A program made the position numbers and the translations under genes. Below the pieces are notes generated by a model. The model searched no databases, was not told the DNA's origin, and saw nothing but the letters and a program-made list of their open reading frames with translations. 48,138 nt of DNA from Nitriliruptorales bacterium (GTDB lineage Bacteria > Actinomycetota > Nitriliruptoria > Nitriliruptorales > JAHWKO01): the NCBI GenBank assembly GCA_036260415.1, contig DASZZX010000032.1, forward strand, positions 1-48,138, written 5' to 3'. This document shows, piece after piece, positions 16,646 through 24,633 of the stretch. Within the stretch, counting starts at the first letter, position 1. Each line of letters opens with the position of its first letter.

Positions 16646-17458
16646 CTACCTCCCCGCGGCGGCCACCAACGGCAACGTGCGGTCGGGGAAGTCTGGACGG
16701 GTGCACCCGTTGCAGTCGCCGCCCACCACCGCGCAGCCACCGAGCCGATTGATCCAGCCGCGGTGGGGGACCGGGCAGGGTGCGGTGAGCGGCTCGGCCG
16801 GTTCGCGTCGCACGCCGTGGACCCTCGCCCGGCGCAGCGGCGTCTCCTCCGCGTACAGCCAGCGCGGCCGACCCAGTTCGTCGATGTCGAAGGGCACCAC
16901 CCCTTCGAGGTGAAGGACCAGGTACTGGACGGTCTCGAGGAAGGCGTCGCCGCTGGGCGCACACCCCGGCACGTTGACCACAGGGAGACCTGCGCGGCTG
17001 CGGAAGCCCGCGCCGAGCAGCGCCCCGACACCGGTCGCGCCGGTGACGCTGCCGGTCGCGGCCGGTATGCCCCCCCACGTGGCACACGTCCCGATGGCCA
17101 CCACGACCTCGGCGCCCGTCGAGAGGTCGCTCACCCACCGCTCGACCGTGACCGGCGCACCGTCGCGCTGGCCGAGACGGGAGAAGCTACCGGTGCCGGC
17201 ACGCGACTGGTCGAGCATCGAACCTTCGACCACCAGCAGGTAGGGGTCGATCTCTCCACGCCGTGCACGTTCGAGCCGTTCCACGTAGTCCCGTCCCGCC
17301 TCGAGCACGAGTTGCGGGTGGACGATCCGTATGTCGGACCTGCTGAGCGTGCCGGCCAGCAGCTCCTCGAGTCGAGGTGACGTCGCACCGAGCACGGACA
17401 TGGTGCAGCCGTCGCAGCCGCCTCCGTGCAGCCACACCACCGTCACCGCGTCGCTCAC
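16646..17458 (-). CDS. [NiFe]-hydrogenase small subunit, no Tat signal
   Basis: Frame of track ORF 16646..17995, trimmed to GTG 17458 (G-run SD about 9 nt upstream). Motifs: WLHGGGCDGC, GTCATWGGIP, VPGCAPSGD and the C-terminal CPVPHRGWINRLGGCAVVGGDCNGC. It has 8 Cys in total. No RRxFxK leader. The stop TAG lies 3 nt before the large-subunit GTG, and a GGGAGG SD sits inside its 3' end. Confidence 0.85.
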   Translation of the reverse strand: MSDAVTVVWLHGGGCDGCTMSVLGATSPRLEELLAGTLSRSDIRIVHPQLVLEAGRDYVERLERARRGEIDPYLLVVEGSMLDQSRAGTGSFSRLGQRDGAPVTVERWVSDLSTGAEVVVAIGTCATWGGIPAATGSVTGATGVGALLGAGFRSRAGLPVVNVPGCAPSGDAFLETVQYLVLHLEGVVPFDIDELGRPRWLYAEETPLRRARVHGVRREPAEPLTAPCPVPHRGWINRLGGCAVVGGDCNGCTRPDFPDRTLPLVAAAGR

Positions 17459-17623
17459 CCGCTGCACCCCCCCAGTCGGCCGGGGACCCCCGTTCGGGTG
17501 CCGTGACGGTAGGCGATGTCGAGGTGGGCCGCTCGCAGCGCTCGCGAGGGCCGTTCCCCCGCTGGTAGGTGCCCGCCGGGTCGCCGTGTGGGACCCTGTC
17601 GACAGCGAACAGGGAGCGAGCCG

Positions 17624-17986
17624 GTGCGCATCCAACCGGGTCAGCTGATCGCCCTCGGCTACGGCAAGTACGTGCGGTCCGACGAGGTCGTGGCGATCGA
17701 ACCGATCGTCGAGGACCGTGGTCCTGGGCGGCGGACCGACGTCTGGGTCCGGGGGGTCCCGGAGCCGATCGTGGCCTCGCGGTCGGACGCCGCGATCGCC
17801 GACGACCTGGTCACACCGGCCGAGGAGGCTGCCAGGATGCAGCAGCTTCGCTCCATGCTGGCACGCGTGCTGGGGGCCCTCGACGGTGTGCCTCCGATGC
17901 TCCGCCGGCTGCTGGCGGACGAGACCGGTGTCGACGTCGCCGCGTTGGCGGCGGAGGGGCGGCGGGTCCTGGACCGCGCCGTCTGA
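17624..17986 (+). CDS. hypothetical protein (weak by-eye resemblance to DUF370/RemA fold)
   Basis: Frame of track ORF 17516..17986, trimmed to GTG 17624 (GGGAG 7 nt upstream). The frame is GC3-rich. LIALGYGKYVRSDEVVAIEP...GRRTDVWV...IVASRS..AIADDL loosely recalls the RemA pattern LINIGFGN.V...R..AIV.P....GRRT. The functional call has low confidence. Confidence 0.55.
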   Translation: MRIQPGQLIALGYGKYVRSDEVVAIEPIVEDRGPGRRTDVWVRGVPEPIVASRSDAAIADDLVTPAEEAARMQQLRSMLARVLGALDGVPPMLRRLLADETGVDVAALAAEGRRVLDRAV

Positions 17987-18120
17987 GACGTCCACGGACG
18001 GTGGCGTCCGGGGCGGTGCCAGCCGCCAGGGGCGGGCGGTCGGGGCGGCGGTCGCAGACCGCTGGCAGCGGCGTCGCGGAGAGCTTCGTAGGATGCGGCG
18101 TCCCGTCCCGAGGAGCTTGC

Positions 18121-18483
18121 ATGAAGGTCGCCTACGTCCTCGCGAACCCCAGCGCCGCCGCCTACAAGGTGGGGCAGATGGTCCTGCCGCAGCTGGAGGA
18201 GGGTTCGCACGGTGCCGACGTCGTCGGCATGTTCTTCTTCGACGACAACAACTGGGTCCTGCGCGCGGGCGACCCGCTCGGCGAGCGTCTGGCTCGTCAG
18301 GCGACGGAACGCGGCATGCTGCTGATGATGTGTGACCAGTGCGCGCTCGCCCGCGGGCTGGCGGAGGGCGAGCCGGGGGACTGCAAGCCCATGAACGTGG
18401 TCGACGGTGTCACGGTGGGCTGCTTCCCGGACCTCTACGCGGCCCTCTCGACCGATCCCCCGGACCACGTCATCACGCTGTGA
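18121..18483 (+). CDS. DsrE/DsrF-like (sulfur-relay fold) family protein
   Basis: Frame of track ORF 17569..18483, trimmed to ATG 18121 (AGGAG 6 nt upstream). 120 aa. MKVAYVLANP...VVGMFFFDDN...LLMMCDQCALARG is typical of small DsrE-like proteins. Confidence 0.7.
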   Translation: MKVAYVLANPSAAAYKVGQMVLPQLEEGSHGADVVGMFFFDDNNWVLRAGDPLGERLARQATERGMLLMMCDQCALARGLAEGEPGDCKPMNVVDGVTVGCFPDLYAALSTDPPDHVITL

Positions 18484-18590
18484 CCGTCCGGGCACGACGG
18501 AGCCTCCGGTGGCCTGGCTTGCTGCACGCCGTCGGGTGAAACGCGACCGCGCCGCCGTCATCGACGCGCTGGCCGCCCCAGCGCGGGCCG

Positions 18591-19520
18591 TCAGCGGTGG
18601 AGAGCGAGCTCGGCGAGTGGCTCGCCGGCGTGCAGCCGGCGGACGACCTCCGCGAGCCGGCCCGCCAGGCTGATCACCTCCACGGTCAGCTCCCGAGGCT
18701 CGACCACCAGGCTGTCGGTCGTCCACAGGCGCCCGATCGGTACCTGCGACAGCCGTTCCTCGGCCGGCCCGACCAGCAGGCAGTGGGTCGCCGCCACCAT
18801 CACGGGCGCGGACGCGCCCGCGTCGAGCAGCACTCTGACGGCGGACGCGATCGTGCCCCCGGTGGCCACGATGTCGTCGATCACCACGGGCGTGCGGCCG
18901 GTGACGTCGCCGATCAGGCCGGTGGTCTGCACCTCGTCACCGGACACGCGCGTCTTGCGGACGATGGCCACCTCGAGACCCAGGTGTGCGGCGTACACCT
19001 CGGCGAGCTTCGCCGCGCCCAGGTCGGGGGCGACCAGCACGGCAGGCCCGTCGAGCGCTGCCGCCAGCGCCTCAGCCAGGTCGGGCACCGCGGTGGTGGT
19101 CTCCACCGGGACGCTGAAGATCGATTCGACGTCCGGGGTGTGAGGATCCACCACCACGATGCGGTGCACGTGCGACGCGCTCAGGAGGTCGGCGACCACG
19201 CGCAGCGCCACCGGTTCCCCCGGCGCGGTGCGCCGGTCCTGACGGGCGTACGCCAGGTAGGGGATCACGGCGTTGAGACGGGCGGCGCCCGCCCGGTACG
19301 CGGCGTCCGCCAGCAGGATCAGCTCCGCGAGGTGCTCCTGGACCGGCGGTCCGGTCGACTGCACCAGGTATACGTCCTCGTCACGGACGTCCCCGGACAG
19401 CTCGACGTGGATCTCGCCGTCCGGGAAGCGCGACAGCTCCCTCCGCAGCGGCTCGACACCGAGCTCGGCACCGATCTTCTCGGTGAGGCGCTGGGAAGCA
19501 CCTCCGCTGACCAGCTGCAT
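18591..19520 (-). CDS. prs: ribose-phosphate pyrophosphokinase
   Basis: Frame of track ORF 18591..19982, trimmed to ATG 19520 (MQLVSGGAS). Motifs: FPDGEIHV, IPYLAYARQDRR, VVDPH, and the PRPP loop VVIDDIVATGGT. Confidence 0.9.
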   Translation of the reverse strand: MQLVSGGASQRLTEKIGAELGVEPLRRELSRFPDGEIHVELSGDVRDEDVYLVQSTGPPVQEHLAELILLADAAYRAGAARLNAVIPYLAYARQDRRTAPGEPVALRVVADLLSASHVHRIVVVDPHTPDVESIFSVPVETTTAVPDLAEALAAALDGPAVLVAPDLGAAKLAEVYAAHLGLEVAIVRKTRVSGDEVQTTGLIGDVTGRTPVVIDDIVATGGTIASAVRVLLDAGASAPVMVAATHCLLVGPAEERLSQVPIGRLWTTDSLVVEPRELTVEVISLAGRLAEVVRRLHAGEPLAELALHR

Positions 19521-19612
19521 GATGACACCCTCCCCCGGCAGCGAAGCATGCGCCCGGCCGGCCCGGAGGCGGCGACCGGTGCGACCGGCCGAGTCCGGTC
19601 CGCGCTCCGCTG

Positions 19613-20827
19613 CTAGCCCGCCCCTCCGGGGCGATCCACGGACCGGCCGGCACGCCAGACGCGGTGCGGTCGCAGCCCCCACGCCCAGCCGAAGGCGCCC
19701 TCGTGCTCGGCGTCCCACCACACCAGGTCCGCGCGTTGGCCGACGGCCACGGTGCCACGGTCGGGCAGGCGCAGGGAACGCGCCCCGCCGACCGTGGCCG
19801 CCCGCAGAGCCTCGTGGACCGACAGTCCCAGCCCGCCCACCGCCAGCGCCACCACCAGGCTCATGCTGGTGACCCCGCTGGTGCCGGGGTTGTGGTCGCT
19901 GCCGAGCGCGAGGGTGGTGCCGGCCGCGCGCAGGGCCGCCACGTCGGGTCGGGCGCCCATGGACAGCGCGGTGGCCGGGCACAGGGTGGCGACCACGCCG
20001 GCTGCGGCCAGGGCGGCGGCGTCGTCGCGGGTGCTGCGCAGCAGGTGGTCGGCCGACGCCGCCCCTAGCTCCGCGGCGAGCCGCGCCCCGCCCGTGCGGG
20101 CCAGTTCGTCGGCGTGGATCCGCGAGGTCAGCCCGGCAGCCGCGCCGGCCGTCAGGATGCGATGGGCCTGCCGCACCGAGAAGTAGCCGCGGTCGCAGAA
20201 CACGTCACATCCGTCGGCCCCCTCGGCGGCCGCGTCGCCGCTCCAGCCGGCGGCTCGCTCGGTGTAGCTGTCGGCGTCGCCGGCGGCCTCCGGCGGCACG
20301 GCGTGAGCGGCCAGGAAGGTGATGGACAGGTCGGGCAGCGCGGGGTTGCGTCGGAGGCGGTCCAGCAGCCGCACGTCGGCCAGCTCCCCGTCGCGCTCGA
20401 GGTGGTAGCCGGTCTTCGCCTCGACGGTGGTGGTGCCCTGCCACAGCCAGGACGCGAGCCGCCGTTGCACCAGCGTCTCCAGGTCGGCCGCGGCGGCCGT
20501 CCGCGTGGCCCGTACCGTCGCCCAGATGCCGGCGTCCGTTCCCAGATCGTCGTAGGCCCGGCCGGCGCTGCGGTCGGTGAACTCGGCGAACCGCTGCCCG
20601 GCGTAGACCGGGTGGGTGTGGGCGTCGATCAGGCCGGGGGTGACCAGCCCGCCGCCGACGTCCACCTCCTCGGCGACGCGGGCTCCGAGCCCCGTCGGTG
20701 GACGCTCGTGGTCGCCGCCGATCCAGACGATGCGGTCGCCCTCGACGCACAGTGCGGCGCCCACCCGCACCGGCGGGTCGACCGCCGTGATCAGCCGGCC
20801 GATGTTGCGTAGCAGGATCGCGGTCAC
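19613..20827 (-). CDS. hutI: imidazolonepropionase
   Basis: Frame of track ORF 19613..21304, trimmed to GTG 20827, which overlaps the hutF stop (GTGA). Amidohydrolase motifs: GLIDAHTHPV, TTVEAKTGY, IHADE, GSDHNPG. Confidence 0.9.
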   Translation of the reverse strand: MTAILLRNIGRLITAVDPPVRVGAALCVEGDRIVWIGGDHERPPTGLGARVAEEVDVGGGLVTPGLIDAHTHPVYAGQRFAEFTDRSAGRAYDDLGTDAGIWATVRATRTAAAADLETLVQRRLASWLWQGTTTVEAKTGYHLERDGELADVRLLDRLRRNPALPDLSITFLAAHAVPPEAAGDADSYTERAAGWSGDAAAEGADGCDVFCDRGYFSVRQAHRILTAGAAAGLTSRIHADELARTGGARLAAELGAASADHLLRSTRDDAAALAAAGVVATLCPATALSMGARPDVAALRAAGTTLALGSDHNPGTSGVTSMSLVVALAVGGLGLSVHEALRAATVGGARSLRLPDRGTVAVGQRADLVWWDAEHEGAFGWAWGLRPHRVWRAGRSVDRPGGAG

Positions 20828-22194
20828 GCCCCGACCGCCCGTCCGATCGCCCGGTGCAGCTCCCCACGCACGTCCTCCACCAGCCGATGACGGCGGTCCT
20901 CGACCACCAGACGGCCGCCTACGACCACGTGGGTCACGTCGGCGGCGGTCGCAGCGAACACGACGAAGGCGGGGCCGTCCTGGCGTCGGAAGCCCGCCAG
21001 CCGCGGGGAGGCGAGGTCGACCGCGACCAGGTCGCAGAGCCGGCCACGGGCGAGCTCGCCACCGTCCCATCCCAGCGCCAGCATCCCGGCGCGGGTGGCC
21101 GCGTGCAGGAGCTGCTCGGGGCGGTGGCGGCCACGCTCCCCGCTCGCCAGCCGCTGGTTGAGCTCGACCGCCCGCGCCTCCTCGAACAGGTCCACCATGG
21201 CGTGGCTGTCCGACCCGACGCACAGTGGGCTGCCGGCCGCGTGCAGCGCCGCCGCCGGACCGACCCCGTCCCCGAGGGCCCGCTCGGTGGTGGGGCACAG
21301 GCATGCCGCGCTGCGGCTGGAGCCGAGCAGCCGGATGTCGTCGTCGGTGAGGTGGGTGGCGTGCACGGCGGTGGTGCGGGCGCCGAGCACGCCGCGCTCG
21401 GCCAGCAGCCCCGCGGGGGTGCGGCCGGTGGCGACCAGGCAGGCCGCGTTCTCGGCCGGTTGCTCCGAGACGTGCACGTGCAGGGGGGCGCCCCGGTCGG
21501 CCGCCCAGTCGCGCACCACCTCCATGGCGGTGGGATCGACCGCGCGCACCGAGTGGATCGCTGCGCCCAGCGCGACGTGACCGTCGGGGCGCCGGCTCGA
21601 GGCCCGTTCGGCCCAGCGCTGGACGTCGCCGTCGGCGAAGCGACGCTGTACCCCCTGCAGCGGCTGGTCGAACCCGCCTCGCAGGTAGCAGGTGTCGAGC
21701 AGGGTGACGCGGACCCCCGCATCGGCGGCCGCCTCGGCCAGGGCCGCCTGCATGACGTTGGCCTCGGCGTAGGGTCGCCCCGACGGCGCGTGGTGCAGGT
21801 AGTGGAACTCGCCGACCGTGGTAACCCCGGCCAGGGCCATCTCGCAGTAGGTGGCGCAGGCCAGGTCGCGGTAGTGGTCGGGGTCGAGACGGTCGGCCAG
21901 CGCGTACATCCGGTCACGCCAGGTCCAGAAGCTGCCGCCGCACGTCTCGACGCGGCCGCGCAGGGCGCGGTGGAAGGCGTGGCTGTGCGCGTTGGCGAGG
22001 CCAGGCAGGACCAGCCCCGGTAGGCGTGTGGCGCCGGGCGGTGGTGGGCGGTCCTCGCCCACCGCCGTGATGCGGTCCTCGGCCGTCTCGATCACCACAC
22101 GGTGAGCGACCCGTCCACCCGCCGGGTCGGGCAGCCATGCCAGGTCGGCGAACCACGCGCTCGCCCCTCGGCGGACGTCGCCGGGCTCAGCCAT
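20824..22194 (-). CDS. hutF: formimidoylglutamate deiminase
   Basis: Track ORF of 456 aa. Amidohydrolase-type motifs: [33 protein letters not shown]. Its position between hutU and hutI fits this call. Confidence 0.85.
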   Translation of the reverse strand: MAEPGDVRRGASAWFADLAWLPDPAGGRVAHRVVIETAEDRITAVGEDRPPPPGATRLPGLVLPGLANAHSHAFHRALRGRVETCGGSFWTWRDRMYALADRLDPDHYRDLACATYCEMALAGVTTVGEFHYLHHAPSGRPYAEANVMQAALAEAAADAGVRVTLLDTCYLRGGFDQPLQGVQRRFADGDVQRWAERASSRRPDGHVALGAAIHSVRAVDPTAMEVVRDWAADRGAPLHVHVSEQPAENAACLVATGRTPAGLLAERGVLGARTTAVHATHLTDDDIRLLGSSRSAACLCPTTERALGDGVGPAAALHAAGSPLCVGSDSHAMVDLFEEARAVELNQRLASGERGRHRPEQLLHAATRAGMLALGWDGGELARGRLCDLVAVDLASPRLAGFRRQDGPAFVVFAATAADVTHVVVGGRLVVEDRRHRLVEDVRGELHRAIGRAVGA

Positions 22195-23848
22195 CGTTCA
22201 GCATCGGGGAGGTCACGCCGCGCGAGCGGGCGACCTCGCGGGCGCGGTCGTAGCCGGCGTCGGCGTGGCGCAGCACGCCTGTGGCCGGGTCGTTGGTCAG
22301 TACCCGCTCGAGCTTGCGCTCCGCCAGCTCGGTGCCCTCGGCCACCGCGACCTGGCCGGCGTGGATCGCCTTGCCGATGCCCACACCCCCGCCGTGGTGG
22401 ACGCTCACCCACGACGCCCCCGACGAGGTCGCGACGAGGGCGTTCAGGATCGGCCAGTCGGCGATCGCGTCGGACCCGTCGAGCATCCCCTCCGTCTCGC
22501 GGTACGGCGACGCCACCGAGCCGGCGTCGAGGTGGTCGCGGCCGATCACGATCGGCGCGCCGACCTCGCCCGTGCGCACCAGGCGGTTGAAGGCCAGGCC
22601 CGCGCGGTGACGCTCGCCGTAGCCCAGCCAGCAGATCCGGGCCGGCAGGCCCTGGAAGGCCACGCGCTCGCCGGCCAGCTCCAGCCACCGGGCCAGCGCC
22701 CTGTCCTCGGGGAAGAGGTCGGCCACTACCCGGTCGGTGACGTGGATGTCGCGCTCGTCGCCCGACAGCGCCACCCAGCGGAAGGGTCCCTTGCCCTCGC
22801 AGAACAGCGGCCGGATGAACGCTGGCACGAACCCCGGGTAGGCGAAGGCGTCGGCGAACCCGCCCAGCTTGGCTTCCCCCCGCAGGTTGTTGCCGTAGTC
22901 GAACACCACCGCACCCGCCTTCTGGAACCCGACCATCGCCGCGCAGTGGGTCGCTATGGAGGCGCGCGCCCGCTGGACGTACCCCCTCGGGTCGCGGACG
23001 CGCAGCTCGGCGGCTTCGTGCAGGGTCAGGCCCGCCGGGACGTAGCCGTGGAGCGGGTCGTGGGCGGAGGTCTGGTCGGTGACGGCATCCACGTCCACAC
23101 CGCGGCGCAGCAGCTGGGGGAGCACCTCCGCGGCGTTGCCGACCACGCCGACCGACAGCGGCCGGCCCTGCCGCCTCGCCGTCAGGCTCAGGTCCACCGC
23201 GTCATCGAGGGAGTCCGCGACCTCGTCGAGGTAACCGGTCCGCACCCGACGTCGGACGCGCGCCGGATCAACCTCCACGCAGAGGACCACGCCCTCGTTC
23301 ATGGTCACGGCCAGAGGCTGCGCCCCGCCCATGCCCCCGAGGCCCGAGGTGAGGGTGAGCGTCCCTCGCAAGCTCTCGCCGAAGCGCTGGCGGGCGAGCG
23401 CGGCGAACGTCTCGTAGGTGCCCTGCAGGATCCCCTGGGTGCCGATGTAGATCCAGGAGCCGGCGGTCATCTGCCCGTACATCGTGAGGCCTGCTGCCTC
23501 GAGCTCCCAGAAGGTCTCCCAGTCCGCCCACTCCGGCACCAGGAGCGAGTTGGCCAGCAGCACCCGGGGCGCCCACTCGTGCGTGCGCAGGACCCCGACC
23601 GGCTTCCCGGACTGCACTAGCAAGGTCTCGTCGTCCTGCAGCGCCCGCAGCGAGCGGACGATCGCGTCGAAGGCCTCCCACGACCGCGCCGCCCGACCCG
23701 ACCCCCCGTAGACCACCAGGTCCTGTGGCCGCTCGGCGACCTCAGGGTCGAGGTTGTTCATCAGCATCCGCAGCGCGGCCTCCTGCGGCCAGCCGCGGCA
23801 GCTGCACACGCGGCCGCGCGGCGCCCTCACCTGTCGCACACCCGCCAT
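22187..23848 (-). CDS. hutU: urocanate hydratase
   Basis: Frame of track ORF 22187..23932, trimmed to ATG 23848. Motifs: RAPRG...[41 protein letters not shown], and the highly conserved tail [14 protein letters not shown]. Confidence 0.92.
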   Translation of the reverse strand: MAGVRQVRAPRGRVCSCRGWPQEAALRMLMNNLDPEVAERPQDLVVYGGSGRAARSWEAFDAIVRSLRALQDDETLLVQSGKPVGVLRTHEWAPRVLLANSLLVPEWADWETFWELEAAGLTMYGQMTAGSWIYIGTQGILQGTYETFAALARQRFGESLRGTLTLTSGLGGMGGAQPLAVTMNEGVVLCVEVDPARVRRRVRTGYLDEVADSLDDAVDLSLTARRQGRPLSVGVVGNAAEVLPQLLRRGVDVDAVTDQTSAHDPLHGYVPAGLTLHEAAELRVRDPRGYVQRARASIATHCAAMVGFQKAGAVVFDYGNNLRGEAKLGGFADAFAYPGFVPAFIRPLFCEGKGPFRWVALSGDERDIHVTDRVVADLFPEDRALARWLELAGERVAFQGLPARICWLGYGERHRAGLAFNRLVRTGEVGAPIVIGRDHLDAGSVASPYRETEGMLDGSDAIADWPILNALVATSSGASWVSVHHGGGVGIGKAIHAGQVAVAEGTELAERKLERVLTNDPATGVLRHADAGYDRAREVARSRGVTSPMLNDG

Positions 23849-24039
23849 GGATCCTCGTGCATCGTCGCGTGCGCGTCCCAGGCAAGGCCGCATCCGGCCC
23901 GGCGTCATGCCGTATGCGCGGTCCGCGCGCACCCGTCGGGGACCTGGGTCACCGCTTCGGCCGGTGGCGAGCCGGGCGGGAAACGCGGTGCCACGCCGGC
24001 GCCCGACGGGTGGGCCGGACGGGCATCGGAGCCCGCGTG

Positions 24040-24576
24040 ATGACGCGGACCTGGCAGCATCTCGAGGTGCGTCCCCCCCCGGGCAACGACCAGATCAACC
24101 CTGCCCACACCACCATCGAGTTCATCGCCCGGCACCTGATGATCGCCAGGGTGCGCGGGCGGTTCACCGGCTTCTCGGGCCAGATCCACATCGACGACGA
24201 ACCCTCCCGCTCCTCCGTGGAGGTCAGCATCGACGCCGACACGATCGACACCGCCGAGGAGGACCGCGACACACACCTGCGTGCCCCGGACTTCCTCCAC
24301 GTGGAACGCTGGCCGAGCATCACCTTCCCCGACGGCGATCCCGAAGACGTCGAGGGACGGCGCTGGCGGGTGCTGGGCGAAACCGCCCGATCGTGCGTGT
24401 TGGAGGGCGCCGGTGACCGTGGTGACGCACGATCGAGTGGTGCCGGTAGTGGGAGTCTCGGACCCCGCGGATCGTGCGTGTTGGAGGGCGCCGGTGACTG
24501 TGGCGACGCACGATCGAGTGGCCGGTCGTGGGAGTCTCGGACCCCGCGGATCGTGCGTGTTGGAGGGCGCCGGTGA
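24040..24576 (+). pseudogene. YceI-family gene, 3'-truncated: homology stops at about 24385 where the repeat array begins
   Basis: Frame of track ORF 23725..24576 from ATG 24040. The YceI pattern is [29 protein letters not shown]...SIDADTIDTAEEDRDTHLRAPDFLHVERWPSITF...RWRVLGE. The reading frame then runs into the repeats (TARSCVLEGAGDRGDARSSG...). The usual 70-80 C-terminal residues (LT.RGVT.PV...) are missing. Confidence 0.6.
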
Positions 24577-24603
24577 CCGTGGCGACGCACGATCGAGTGG
24601 TGC
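24388..24603. repeat. tandem array (2.7 copies, 81/79-bp period) of a 46-bp palindromic REP/MITE-like element plus linker
   Basis: Copies start at 24388, 24469 and 24548. The core is GATCGTGCGTG-N-GGTGACCGTGG[T/C]GACGCACGATC (10-bp terminal inverted repeats). The linker GAGTGG..GGGAGTCTCGGACCCCGCG is itself repeated. Confidence 0.9.
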
Positions 24604-24633
24604 CCGATGGCTCCCCGTTCCTCGCGTCGTCGG

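Noticed and set aside
14970-17138. Large antisense or off-frame ORFs across real genes: 14970..17138 (722 aa), 25006..27342 (778 aa), 33135..34712 (525 aa), 4466..5992 (508 aa), 31840..33168 (442 aa) and 15905..17380 (491 aa).
   Set aside because: These are typical shadow ORFs of a GC-rich genome, with Arg/Pro/Gly/Ala-dominated low-complexity translations. Each overlaps a gene that has clear family motifs in another frame.
19521-19982. Long N-terminal extensions in the track ORFs of prs, hutI, hutU, the methyltransferase, csoR, cheB, the hybrid kinase and the small subunit.
   Set aside because: The extensions are Arg/Pro/Gly-rich and overlap upstream genes. They also precede well-placed SD sequences, or GTGA/ATGA coupling sites that match the conserved N-termini. 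I trimmed the starts accordingly.
24388-24603. Regularly spaced repeats that look like a CRISPR array at first glance. The same applies to 44895-45082.
   Set aside because: The segments between the 46-bp cores are themselves repeated almost identically, so there are no unique spacers. There are only 2.6-2.7 copies, and no cas genes or leader. These are tandem repeats of a palindromic element, not CRISPR.
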